A stretch of 20,000 bases of DNA from an uncultured virus (IMG/VR IMGVR_UViG_3300008952_000034) (IMGVR_UViG_3300008952_000034:52663-72662), one strand, 5' to 3'. Shown: positions 1 to 8,130, numbered from the stretch's first letter. Translations and numbers: made by a program. The notes: generated by a model from the sequence alone, not told the origin.

Positions 1-347
1 CACACACGTTTGCACACGAACTAGACGAACTAAAAACATTAGGTTATCCGATAGTAATGGTTTATAGGAATGATATTGAATCTTATAAGTGGTGGATTGA
101 TGCTGGTGGATTTGATATTACCTATCCTAATTACAGTTATTTTGAGTCTTTAGAAAAAATGTGGACTCATATACAAAACGAAAACAACGACATAATGCAG
201 TTTATTAAAGACAATCAAAACAGAGTTATTTGTCCTGTAGACAATGTGGATCTTTGTAGAGCACTCAGTATTAGTTTTCCTGACGCCAACGGCAGGATAC
301 ATAATTACGAACACAACGATATTAAAGTTTACTTGTACAAACAATGA
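1..347 (+). CDS. 5'-truncated conserved phage protein, possibly sulfotransferase/P-loop-like fold
   Basis: Frame is open from base 3 (HTFAHELDELKTLGYPIVMVYRND..WWIDAGGFDITYPNY), so the ATG at 57 is internal. H..F...LD.LK...IVMVYR resembles the KSH...hhhhR segment of sulfotransferase-like proteins. ATGA overlap with the next gene. Confidence 0.55.
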   Translation, partial: HTFAHELDELKTLGYPIVMVYRNDIESYKWWIDAGGFDITYPNYSYFESLEKMWTHIQNENNDIMQFIKDNQNRVICPVDNVDLCRALSISFPDANGRIHNYEHNDIKVYLYKQ

Positions 348-1003
348 ATAAAAGAATATTTGCAGAACTACTTACACATAGTCAAAACAACCTAGACAAA
401 ATTTCACAACCTTATATCAAAGAAAAATTTGGTGTTGAAGTAAAGAGATGTAACACCTTAGAGGAATACGCAGATGTAATTGACGATGCTTGTCTACACA
501 AATACTTCTCCAAGTATTGGCAGAACGATATGAAGAAATGGAAGTACTCTGGACTTGCCCTAATCAACGAAGTGAATGCTTTAAAGCCAAGAGCAGTGCT
601 TGACGTTGGCTGTGGATACAATGAGTTCAAAGGTAAGATACACAATTTAATTGGTATAGATCCTTATAATGATTTAGCAGACCACGAAGTCGGCACACTA
701 GGATATAGGACTGATGAAAAGTTTGATGTTATACTATGTCTTGGCTCAGTAAACTTTGGTAGCAGGGATAAGATACTTGCAGAAGTAGGCAGATGTGTAG
801 ACTTACTAGCAGACGGTGGCACTATGTTCTTCAGGGTGAACCCGGGTTTACAACACAACAAGACTGAGGCAAAGTGGATAGAGTTCTATGCATGGAACGT
901 ACCTTTTATCATAGAATTATCAGATATTTTTAACCTAAAAATACTAGACATACGTGATGATAGCAATCAACGTAAGTATTTCATCTATAGGAAAGTAAAA
1001 TAA
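344..1003 (+). CDS. class I SAM-dependent methyltransferase
   Basis: Motif I VLDVGCG, post-I IGIDP, motif II KFDVILCLG, and LLADGGTMFF. Confidence 0.85.
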   Translation: MNKRIFAELLTHSQNNLDKISQPYIKEKFGVEVKRCNTLEEYADVIDDACLHKYFSKYWQNDMKKWKYSGLALINEVNALKPRAVLDVGCGYNEFKGKIHNLIGIDPYNDLADHEVGTLGYRTDEKFDVILCLGSVNFGSRDKILAEVGRCVDLLADGGTMFFRVNPGLQHNKTEAKWIEFYAWNVPFIIELSDIFNLKILDIRDDSNQRKYFIYRKVK

Positions 1004-1016
1004 GCATTATTTCCAA

Positions 1017-1044
1017 TAGACATTTACTATAATTCTGTTATAAT
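1017..1044 (+). promoter_or_regulatory. sigma70-type promoter, TAGACA-N16-TATAAT with extended -10 TGn
   Basis: TAGACA 1017-1022, TG 1036-1037, TATAAT 1039-1044. The same TAGACA-N16-TATAAT geometry recurs at 16424-16451. Confidence 0.6.
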
Positions 1045-1050
1045 ATTGCT

Positions 1051-1056
1051 TAAATA
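1051..1056 (+). promoter_or_regulatory. late-promoter-like TAAATA, 5 nt before ATG 1062 (leaderless)
   Basis: TAAATA-ccatt-ATG with no Shine-Dalgarno. Matches the core of the T4 late promoter TATAAATA. Confidence 0.6.
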
Positions 1057-1061
1057 CCATT

Positions 1062-1361
1062 ATGCAGAAACAAACAAGAAGTATATTAGAAGAATTAAAC
1101 AATGTATCCTTTACTAAAGACAAGGAAAATGTTGTAGAAAGTCGTGCATCTCATATTTTAGACTCGGCAATACGACTTTTAACATACATTAAAGAAAATT
1201 TTGAGCCTGAAACTGCATACAAATTAGAAAAACGATTTCATTCAGCAATAAAAAATATGGACGCATCTAAGTTTTCAAAAGGCGTTGCTCGTATTAAAGA
1301 AAACAAAGACATTAAAGAAAACGTACTTAAAATTAAAAACGGCGACTATAAAGAGGACTAA
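1062..1361 (+). CDS. hypothetical helical phage protein (99 aa)
   Basis: Clean ORF behind promoter motifs, ending 2 nt before the next gene. No function recognised. Confidence 0.8.
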   Translation: MQKQTRSILEELNNVSFTKDKENVVESRASHILDSAIRLLTYIKENFEPETAYKLEKRFHSAIKNMDASKFSKGVARIKENKDIKENVLKIKNGDYKED

Positions 1362-1363
1362 TC

Positions 1364-2584
1364 ATGTTAATTGAAGATGTCCTATTAGAATTTAAAAGGA
1401 CTCACTTAGAACATATAGAAGATATTATTATTACAGATGGATTTGAGGGTGGTAAAGCAGTGATAGAATATTTCCGAGGATTATTACTAACACTTAAAGG
1501 TACATCATCAGAAGCAGTTTCAGTATCAGTTAAATGGGATGGTGCTCCTGCTGTGGTATGTGGTACACATCCTGAAACAGGAAAGTTCTTTGTTGCAACT
1601 AAATCAGCATTTGCTCAAAATGCCAAAGTGAATTATACTAAAAACGATATTGCAAAAAATCATGGCACAGATGATTTAGGACAAAAACTTTTAAAATGTC
1701 TTGTACACTTAAAAAAAATAAACATACAAGGAGTAGTACAGGGCGACTTATTGTTCACTGATGATGATATAACAAGAAAGAATATCGGTGGCCAACCACA
1801 TATAACATTTACACCTAACACAATTACATATGCAGTACTTGAAGATTCAGAGATTGGCAAAAGAATTGATGCCGCTAAAGTAGGAATTATATTTCATACA
1901 ACATATAATGGCGAAACACTTGCAGACATGAGTGCATCAGCAGGTGCAGATGTAGAAGCATTTGGAGTATCGCCAGATGTATTTTTCGATAATGCAACAT
2001 ACAAAGATGTATCAGGTTCTGCTAAATTTACAGCAGACGAAACAGCACAATTTTACAACAGTATTGAAAAGTTAGAAGCACTACTTAATAATATACCTCG
2101 TGACTTATCAAGTTTATTAGGACAGAACAATGACTTTGTTGGCTACTTCCAACTATATATTAATGCAATGGTCAAGCAAGGACAACTACCAACCAATGTA
2201 AATCAATTCTTGCAAGGTTTCAAACAGTTCTATATAGATAGAATGCAACAACAAATTGCAGGATTAAAAGCACAAAAGGCTTTAGCACTAAGACAAGACA
2301 AAATAAAAAATATGCCTGCATTTTTAAACAGAACCAAAAAGCCATTACAAGCGATGCTAACATTTTATAAAGCAGTACAACAAATGAAAGGCTTTATACT
2401 TAAAAAAATGAATCAAGCAATGACCATAGGATCATTTGCACAAACAGATAATGGATTAGAAGTTACAGATCCAGAAGGATTCGTTGCTGTTGACAAGGCT
2501 GGTAATGCTGTTAAACTTGTAGATAGATTAGGATTCTCAAGAAGAAACTTGACTGCTATCAAAAAATTCCAAAAAACTAATTAA
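1364..2584 (+). CDS. DUF6267-like protein with ATP-dependent ligase/covalent nucleotidyltransferase motifs
   Basis: N-terminal THLEHIED, KWDG (motif I KxDG), FFVATKS, QGDLLF (motif III-like), FTPNTITY, PEGFVA (motif IV), VKLVDR (motif V). GAGG RBS upstream. Confidence 0.7.
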   Translation: MLIEDVLLEFKRTHLEHIEDIIITDGFEGGKAVIEYFRGLLLTLKGTSSEAVSVSVKWDGAPAVVCGTHPETGKFFVATKSAFAQNAKVNYTKNDIAKNHGTDDLGQKLLKCLVHLKKINIQGVVQGDLLFTDDDITRKNIGGQPHITFTPNTITYAVLEDSEIGKRIDAAKVGIIFHTTYNGETLADMSASAGADVEAFGVSPDVFFDNATYKDVSGSAKFTADETAQFYNSIEKLEALLNNIPRDLSSLLGQNNDFVGYFQLYINAMVKQGQLPTNVNQFLQGFKQFYIDRMQQQIAGLKAQKALALRQDKIKNMPAFLNRTKKPLQAMLTFYKAVQQMKGFILKKMNQAMTIGSFAQTDNGLEVTDPEGFVAVDKAGNAVKLVDRLGFSRRNLTAIKKFQKTN

Positions 2585-3628
2585 AGTTTTATTAATTTGT
2601 TCACTTAACTTTTCTTTATTAAAAAACGTATCATAATTATGTTGTCTTAAAGCAATTGTCTGACGATATATATCGCTCCAGTCTTTTGTTTTTAAATCTT
2701 TACACAAAGAAACAATAGCATTTATTTTTTTATCTCTATCATTTTCTAAATCATATGATTCATCAAAGTAAGAACCAAATGTTTTAAAACCCATCTCTCT
2801 TAATTTTTGTAGATACAAATAATTACCATGCACAACAAATACGTGTTGAGCTATAATAGGTTTCCATATTTTTTCTGTCATAAAAACTTCGTAATCATTA
2901 TCGTTAGTTTCAGAAACTATTGAACAAACTGTATCAACATATGGTTGTTCAGTTATATCTTGATCCAGCCCCCACTTTGGATAGTCTTCTGGTTTTACCC
3001 ATGGTAGTTCATGTTCTTGTGTTAATCTAACTGGATTATCTAATCCTAAAAAAGTATATAAACTATTTGATAATATGTTTTCTTTTAACAATTTATTATA
3101 TAATTTAACTCTATGTTCTCTTGGTTGCTTATTCAAATATAAAAAATCATTTTTCTTATACCAGTAGCTACCAAAATGATCATGAGTAAATTTAAACGTA
3201 TGATTTAAATGCTTATGGTACATATAACTCCAGAACCAAGATACATCGCCAGTCCATATATGATGAGGATAAGGTATGTCTACTTCTTTCATTTTTTCAC
3301 CAGTAACAAATATTTGAGATTTTATATTATCTAACGATTCCCACGGATTAGCTAATACAAATTTAAAACCTTGTTGATGCAAAAGTTCTAATCTATTAAT
3401 TAAATCATTTTTATAACCACTATTGTCTAGAACTCTATTATTGTGTATTCTCATATCAATAAGTGCAAACTTTCTATCGTATTGTTCTAAATCATAATTG
3501 TGTAAAGTGTAATACTCTCCTGTGTATTCAAATATTTGATCAGGTATGGAATGCGTATCAATAAACTGCTCGTATGTTTGATGAGCACCTGTTTTCATTA
3601 AATCAGTTAGAAAGAAATTACGTTGCAT
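2537..3628 (-). CDS. putative glycosyltransferase (GT-B, GT10/fucosyltransferase-like C-terminal domain)
   Basis: FLYLNKQPREHR, SIVSETN..FMTEKIWKPII..FVVHG..YL..LREMGFKTF..DESYD, HNY. This pattern is typical of glycosyltransferase-like proteins of large aquatic phages. Convergent 48-nt overlap with the DUF6267-like gene. Confidence 0.55.
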   Translation of the reverse strand: MQRNFFLTDLMKTGAHQTYEQFIDTHSIPDQIFEYTGEYYTLHNYDLEQYDRKFALIDMRIHNNRVLDNSGYKNDLINRLELLHQQGFKFVLANPWESLDNIKSQIFVTGEKMKEVDIPYPHHIWTGDVSWFWSYMYHKHLNHTFKFTHDHFGSYWYKKNDFLYLNKQPREHRVKLYNKLLKENILSNSLYTFLGLDNPVRLTQEHELPWVKPEDYPKWGLDQDITEQPYVDTVCSIVSETNDNDYEVFMTEKIWKPIIAQHVFVVHGNYLYLQKLREMGFKTFGSYFDESYDLENDRDKKINAIVSLCKDLKTKDWSDIYRQTIALRQHNYDTFFNKEKLSEQINKTLISFLEFFDSSQVSS

Positions 3629-3646
3629 ATACCTATAAATATGAGT
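3629..3646. promoter_or_regulatory. 18-nt divergent intergenic spacer containing TATAAATA (candidate bidirectional late promoter)
   Basis: CAT(3626-3628)-N7-TAAATA(3636-3641)-N5-ATG(3647). Perfect T4 late consensus TATAAATA at 3634-3641. Confidence 0.6.
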
Positions 3647-4501
3647 ATGTTAACACCCTTTTTACAGTATGTATCTGAAGCAAGAATAGTAAGACGACAA
3701 AGCGACCTACAAAGATATACATTTCAGGAAATTACCGAACGTATATATCTTAGTTTTCTTACACTATCACTATTAAAAAACTTTAAACAAACAGCAGGAT
3801 TTGTCAAATCATATGGAACGAATACTCTATCATATGGTGAATTTACTAAAGTACGAGGCACAGCGAATGACCTTCATAATATGTTGGCAATAGTAGCAGG
3901 TGATCCAAGTGTAGTTGAAAAACTTGCAAATAAAAACCAAGCTATGGCACTAAGACAAAGACAGAGCGTACCAGTATTAGCAATACGAAGATACCTTAGA
4001 AGTTTTAGCAAAGACTATGAATTTTTAACACAATTAGAATCAGCACTAGGTATTAACAATATGGATTATAAAAATTTAAGAAGAGCAATTAGTGACTATC
4101 CTAGTTTAGATTCAAAAAGAAAACAATATACTGCAACAAGATTACTACAAGCACTAAAGGCTAAACTATCAGGTACTGACTTACAAAGACAAGCACAAAT
4201 ATTTGCTGACAAACAACATCTTGAATTAGATGATGTAGTAGATGCTGAACGAACAGTTCCAGGAAAAGAATTAACATCAAATGAACTAGTTGGATACAGA
4301 TTACTAGTCGGACCAAGTAATGTTAGACGTGCTAAAATTGCCGCTGATATGATACGTCAAGGTCGTGCAGTTCCTGCTCCTGTTATGTCTTCTTTCGCTC
4401 CTATAGTTAAAATGATCGATGATATAGTAAAAGGCGGTTACACATACGTTAGACTTGTACAATCTATTCATGACCGAGCAAAAACGAAGACCAAAAAATA
4501 G
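3647..4501 (+). CDS. hypothetical helical protein, putative internal virion protein (284 aa)
   Basis: Long ORF. Start moved from TTG 3623 (which overlaps the divergent gene) to ATG 3647 on promoter geometry. N-terminus MLTPFLQYVSE/A resembles a capsid-targeting propeptide. Confidence 0.7.
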   Translation: MLTPFLQYVSEARIVRRQSDLQRYTFQEITERIYLSFLTLSLLKNFKQTAGFVKSYGTNTLSYGEFTKVRGTANDLHNMLAIVAGDPSVVEKLANKNQAMALRQRQSVPVLAIRRYLRSFSKDYEFLTQLESALGINNMDYKNLRRAISDYPSLDSKRKQYTATRLLQALKAKLSGTDLQRQAQIFADKQHLELDDVVDAERTVPGKELTSNELVGYRLLVGPSNVRRAKIAADMIRQGRAVPAPVMSSFAPIVKMIDDIVKGGYTYVRLVQSIHDRAKTKTKK

Positions 4502-4619
4502 AACTTATTGTTTTAGATGTGCCTGTGATCCACATTGTGATAAAGACTGCAAAAATTGTGAAAAGTGTGATACTTGTGACTGTCCAAAATGTTTGCAGAG
4601 ATTTGCTGTAGATAGCTGA
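4470..4619 (+). CDS. 49-aa Cys-rich metallothionein-like protein (not in ORF track)
   Basis: Translates MTEQKRRPKNRTYCFRCACDPHCDKDCKNCEKCDTCDCPKCLQRFAVDS*, with 10 Cys and 1 His in 28 residues in CxC/CxxC/CxxxC spacing. It fills the gap up to the next TAAATA. Confidence 0.75.
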   Translation: MTEQKRRPKNRTYCFRCACDPHCDKDCKNCEKCDTCDCPKCLQRFAVDS

Positions 4620-4620
4620 G

Positions 4621-4626
4621 TAAATA
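4621..4626 (+). promoter_or_regulatory. late-promoter-like TAAATA, 6 nt before ATG 4633
   Basis: TAAATA-tagtac-ATG with no SD. Confidence 0.6.
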
Positions 4627-4632
4627 TAGTAC

Positions 4633-5010
4633 ATGGCAACACCAAATAACTTTAAAATAACTAATTCAATTGGAAGTACTGATAACTTTGCAGGTCCTGA
4701 CGTACAATTCTTTTATATTACATTAATAACAGCAGATGGTAGTACAGTTTTAGATGTACGTACAGAATTAGGTTACAACGAAACACTTCATAATTTACAA
4801 CGAACTATTTTACAAAGAGGTACTATATTATACCAAAGAGTTGAAAACGCCGCTACTGGTAGATTAGATATTTGTATGGAAAGACCTGGTTGGACAGCGG
4901 CAACACTTCAAACAGCAATAAGAGATATGGGTACAAGTGTTGGTACTAATACTAAAGACGTTTCTATGTCTACAGTAACCGAGACTGAACTAAAATTAGA
5001 CAACTCATAA
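4633..5010 (+). CDS. putative structural protein, paralog family copy 1
   Basis: FAGPDVQFFYI...TILQRGTIL...AATLQTAIRDM aligns by eye with the ORFs at 5740, 6187 and 6622. Confidence 0.65.
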   Translation: MATPNNFKITNSIGSTDNFAGPDVQFFYITLITADGSTVLDVRTELGYNETLHNLQRTILQRGTILYQRVENAATGRLDICMERPGWTAATLQTAIRDMGTSVGTNTKDVSMSTVTETELKLDNS

Positions 5011-5019
5011 TATCCTAAT

Positions 5020-5025
5020 TAAATA
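5020..5025 (+). promoter_or_regulatory. late-promoter-like TAAATA, 6 nt before ATG 5032
   Basis: TAAATA-acttta-ATG with no SD. Confidence 0.6.
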
Positions 5026-5031
5026 ACTTTA

Positions 5032-5643
5032 ATGTATCCTACAAATTATAGTTTTTGGGTGGCGTATAAACAACACCAATACAATCCTACCTTTCTCAAA
5101 GATGCTGGACCAGGTCAAGAACCACAAAGAGAAACTGCACTCAAATATGTAAAAAAATGGAATACTTGTATAGATGTTGGAAGTCAATTTGGTTTTTGGA
5201 CACGACCATTACTAAAAAAATTTAAAACAGTACACTGTTTTGAACCTAATCCTTTATTTCGTGAATGCTTTTTAAAAAATATACCATTAGATAATGTAAC
5301 ACTACATCCATATGGATTATCTAATAATGAACACACAGCATATCAAAGTAAAGATGGTCAAGTATTAAGTATGAAAGAAGGGTCTGTACAATGCAAAACA
5401 CTTGATAGTTTCAAATTCAGTAATGTTGATTTTATTAAAATTGATGTTGATGGTTTTGAACATCAAGTTTTAATAGGTGCAAAACAGACAATTAAAAAGT
5501 TTAATCCAGTTATAAACATCGAAATGAAAAAAATGAAAAGATCTTTAACTGTTTTTAATTGTACTAATTTTTTAAAGAAAAGAGGCTATAGAATGGCCAA
5601 ACGAGTCAAATCCGACGAGGTATGGGTTAAAAAAGTAATATAA
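5032..5643 (+). CDS. FkbM-family methyltransferase
   Basis: IDVGSQFG, VHCFEPNP, LHPYGLS, TLDSF..VDFIKIDVDGFEHQVLIGA..TI..FNPVINIE. Confidence 0.9.
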   Translation: MYPTNYSFWVAYKQHQYNPTFLKDAGPGQEPQRETALKYVKKWNTCIDVGSQFGFWTRPLLKKFKTVHCFEPNPLFRECFLKNIPLDNVTLHPYGLSNNEHTAYQSKDGQVLSMKEGSVQCKTLDSFKFSNVDFIKIDVDGFEHQVLIGAKQTIKKFNPVINIEMKKMKRSLTVFNCTNFLKKRGYRMAKRVKSDEVWVKKVI

Positions 5644-5668
5644 CTACTAAATTTACCAAACCATTTAC

Positions 5669-5702
5669 TAAATAGAAACATACAGTCACCTGAGCGGTGA
5701 CT
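5669..5702 (+). promoter_or_regulatory. TAAATA promoter followed by a 5'-leader stem-loop
   Basis: TAAATA 5669-5674, then a perfect 7-bp stem AGTCACC(5684-5690)-TGAGC-GGTGACT(5696-5702). No U-tract, so not a terminator. AGGAGG at 5727-5732. Confidence 0.65.
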
Positions 5703-5739
5703 AAAGCCAAATAATCAGAGAATATAAGGAGGATTAAAA

Positions 5740-6159
5740 ATGGCATACGACAGCACAATACCAGCAGGCGGTCCAGGAAACTTTGTATCACCAAATCTTG
5801 CTATAGAGCATGAAGGGGTAAGAGTTGACTTTATCACTGTTGATTATATAAATGCGATGAACGGTGAGGTAACACACTCATTAGCATCGGCAAACACAGC
5901 GGGTCTTAAATTAGCTATAGAAGCAATCCAAAACCAAGGAGTAAACGTCCTAGGTTCAGGTGCTTTAGGTAATTCAAACACTGAACAAACTTACATGGTA
6001 AGAGCGGACAGTTTAGACACGATTAGTTCAACTACAACGGTAGCGGCAATCCAAACGGCAATTAGAGGATTGGACGCCCTAACACCTGACAAAGTAACAG
6101 CAACTATATCTTCAGCAACAGCGGCTGACAGAGATATGTCTGATACTCAGGTAGCATAA
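5740..6159 (+). CDS. putative abundant structural protein, paralog family copy 2
   Basis: AGGAGG SD; Ala/Thr/Ser-rich; HEGVRVDFITVDY...IQNQGVNVLGSGALGNSNTEQTY...VAAIQTAIRGL. Confidence 0.7.
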   Translation: MAYDSTIPAGGPGNFVSPNLAIEHEGVRVDFITVDYINAMNGEVTHSLASANTAGLKLAIEAIQNQGVNVLGSGALGNSNTEQTYMVRADSLDTISSTTTVAAIQTAIRGLDALTPDKVTATISSATAADRDMSDTQVA

Positions 6160-6186
6160 TAATATAAGTTATAGGAGGAAACTAAA

Positions 6187-6600
6187 ATGGCTTATACAGG
6201 ATCAAGTGTTGCAGGTGGAGAAGGTAACGCAACTTTTCATGCAACAAGTAAATTAGATTTCTTAGGCAAAGAACTAGAAATCTTCACTGTTGACTTTGTT
6301 GACGACATGAGTGGACAAACAGCAAAAGACGCTGACCAGTACACTGCGGAACTTACTATAAGAAATTATGGTAATATCGTAGGTGCAGGCCCACTACATA
6401 ACTCAGACACAGAAAAAACTTACATTTCTGAAGGTACTGATATGTATGTTGGGTCACCAGCAAGTGCAGGTGGAACATTCACGTTTACTGAAACAACAGC
6501 ATCAAGTTCAACAGCAACCCTACAAACAGCTCTTAGAGCAGTTTCGGGACAAAACGCATCAACAACAGCGACTAACAAGACGCTAGTAATTGGTACGTAA
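6187..6600 (+). CDS. putative abundant structural protein, paralog family copy 3
   Basis: AGGAGG SD 6173-6178; FLGKELEIFTVDF...IRNYGNIVGAGPLHNSDTEKTY...TATLQTALRAV. Confidence 0.7.
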   Translation: MAYTGSSVAGGEGNATFHATSKLDFLGKELEIFTVDFVDDMSGQTAKDADQYTAELTIRNYGNIVGAGPLHNSDTEKTYISEGTDMYVGSPASAGGTFTFTETTASSSTATLQTALRAVSGQNASTTATNKTLVIGT

Positions 6601-6621
6601 TATTAGAAGGAGGAATAAATT

Positions 6622-7164
6622 ATGCCAGCAACAAGTAACAATACAGGCATTATGTCTAGAAGACAATCTTTCAATGGTAAAGGTTTAACTTTCATTGAAA
6701 TGATCTTTGATGACGAAATAGCAACAACGGCTTCTAGTCCTGACACTAAAGACAGTGCTTTTGAAATTTGCAGTGAAATCATCCAAGAAAAAGGAACTTT
6801 ACTAGCAAAATCTTATTCATTAGGAAACAAATGTACTGAAAAAGATGCGGCGACGGCGGCTTCAATGACTGAAGACGAATTAATCGACGTATACACTTTC
6901 ATAGTAGAGGGAACACCAGGTCAGTATAATACTGCAGACTCGGCTGGAGACATTAACATGGATCCAGGTCAAGCAGACAGTTCTGACCCAGGCGTTATTG
7001 CAGATGCAGAAGCAGACATTGAAACAGAAATTCTAGCTAGACTTTCTGAAAACGACTCTGCGGCATCAGTTCACGTTGACGTTAGATATCTTCCAGCAGA
7101 TGGAGTTACATCAGCAGGTGAAGAAATCATATACGGTGTGAACAGTGCTAGAGTTAATGGTTAA
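6622..7164 (+). CDS. putative abundant structural protein, paralog family copy 4 (acidic, more diverged)
   Basis: AGGAGG SD 6608-6613; FNGKGLTFIEMIF...IQEKGTLLAKSYSLGNKCTEK...YTFIVEG. Confidence 0.65.
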   Translation: MPATSNNTGIMSRRQSFNGKGLTFIEMIFDDEIATTASSPDTKDSAFEICSEIIQEKGTLLAKSYSLGNKCTEKDAATAASMTEDELIDVYTFIVEGTPGQYNTADSAGDINMDPGQADSSDPGVIADAEADIETEILARLSENDSAASVHVDVRYLPADGVTSAGEEIIYGVNSARVNG

Positions 7165-7191
7165 TAATTAACTACTAGAAATTAAATTACC

Positions 7192-7224
7192 AAAAGGGCG
7201 GATCTTTTTTAGGTTCGCCCTTTT
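7192..7224. terminator. intrinsic, probably bidirectional, terminator
   Basis: AAAAGGGCG-GATCT-TTTTT-AGGTT-CGCCCTTTT: 9 perfect bp extended by 5 bp with two G.U pairs, and A/T tracts on both sides. Lies directly after the paralog operon. Confidence 0.85.
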
Positions 7225-7255
7225 GTCACAATTAAATATCCAAAAGGAGTTTACA

Positions 7256-7495
7256 ATGGAAAAATTTGTAGTAGAGATATGTGTTGGAGATGAAATTGAA
7301 ATTGGACGTTTTCATCTTGCTAAACAAAAAATAACAGAGATTAATTTAGACAAATGGGGTCATCCAATAGTAACTACTACTAGTGGTAGAAAAGTTGGAC
7401 TATTTGCTAAAAGATTAAAGAAATTAATACCAGAAGAAGATATAAAACGAAATATAGCATTAGAAGATTACGTAGAAGAAGACAATAGAAAATAA
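7256..7495 (+). CDS. small hypothetical beta-rich protein (79 aa)
   Basis: TAAATA 7233-7238 and AGGAG 7245-7249 favour ATG 7256 over TTG 7223. I.VGD.I..GRF.....I..I..D..G.P pattern. TAATG coupling to the next gene. Confidence 0.7.
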   Translation: MEKFVVEICVGDEIEIGRFHLAKQKITEINLDKWGHPIVTTTSGRKVGLFAKRLKKLIPEEDIKRNIALEDYVEEDNRK

Positions 7496-8130
7496 TGCCT
7501 ACACCGTTAGAAAATACTCTATCTATAATTCTAGGTCCAGAAAATTATATGAGGGAAAAAGATCCCTACATATACGATATTCCAGAATCAAACCTATGTT
7601 GGTTACATAACTGCGGATCAGCATCTAAATCTACATTAACATGGTTAAGAAGAGACTATGGTAATATGAAAAAAATGAAGCCTGACGAATTAAAAACAAA
7701 TGAAAAACCTGCTTTTGTTTTATTACATGAACCGGAGTATAGATGGTGGAATGGTGTAATAGAATGGGGAACAAATTTTGATGACTACGCATGGTTTAAA
7801 AATGAAAAAATAATGGAATGGTGGCCACACTTTGATAGATTTACACTAGCACCATGGGAACTTATTGAACAAACTAAAGTACAACATTACATAAAAGTTA
7901 GTCCAGACTTACCTGAAAAAATGGAAAATTTTTGCAGAGAACAAAACCTAAAATTATATGGTGAATTTCCGTATAAAAAACCTAGGTGGAGAACAGTTAA
8001 GTACATAGAGAGAATGGCAAAGGCTTTAAGGCCTGCGTTGGAAACTGAGATGAGAAGAAATCCAAAGTTAAGACAAAAGTTAGATGAGTATTTAGAAAAA
8101 GACTACGAGTATTACAATAAAGCAAAATAA
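7495..8130 (+). CDS. sulfotransferase family 2-like protein with degenerate PAPS motifs
   Basis: LCWLHNCGSASKST (5'PSB-like), AFVLLHEPEYRWWNG (cf. RDPxxRxxS), FD.FT, and C-terminal YLEKDYEYY. Confidence 0.5.
   Translation: MPTPLENTLSIILGPENYMREKDPYIYDIPESNLCWLHNCGSASKSTLTWLRRDYGNMKKMKPDELKTNEKPAFVLLHEPEYRWWNGVIEWGTNFDDYAWFKNEKIMEWWPHFDRFTLAPWELIEQTKVQHYIKVSPDLPEKMENFCREQNLKLYGEFPYKKPRWRTVKYIERMAKALRPALETEMRRNPKLRQKLDEYLEKDYEYYNKAK

Noticed and set aside
344..1003. DNA methyltransferase of a restriction-modification system
   Set aside because: No DPPY/NPPY or PC catalytic motif in the expected context. It looks like a small-molecule or sugar class I methyltransferase.
5684..5702. Intrinsic terminator for the FkbM gene, or a tRNA fragment
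   Set aside because: No downstream U-tract and no cloverleaf. It lies just downstream of a promoter motif.
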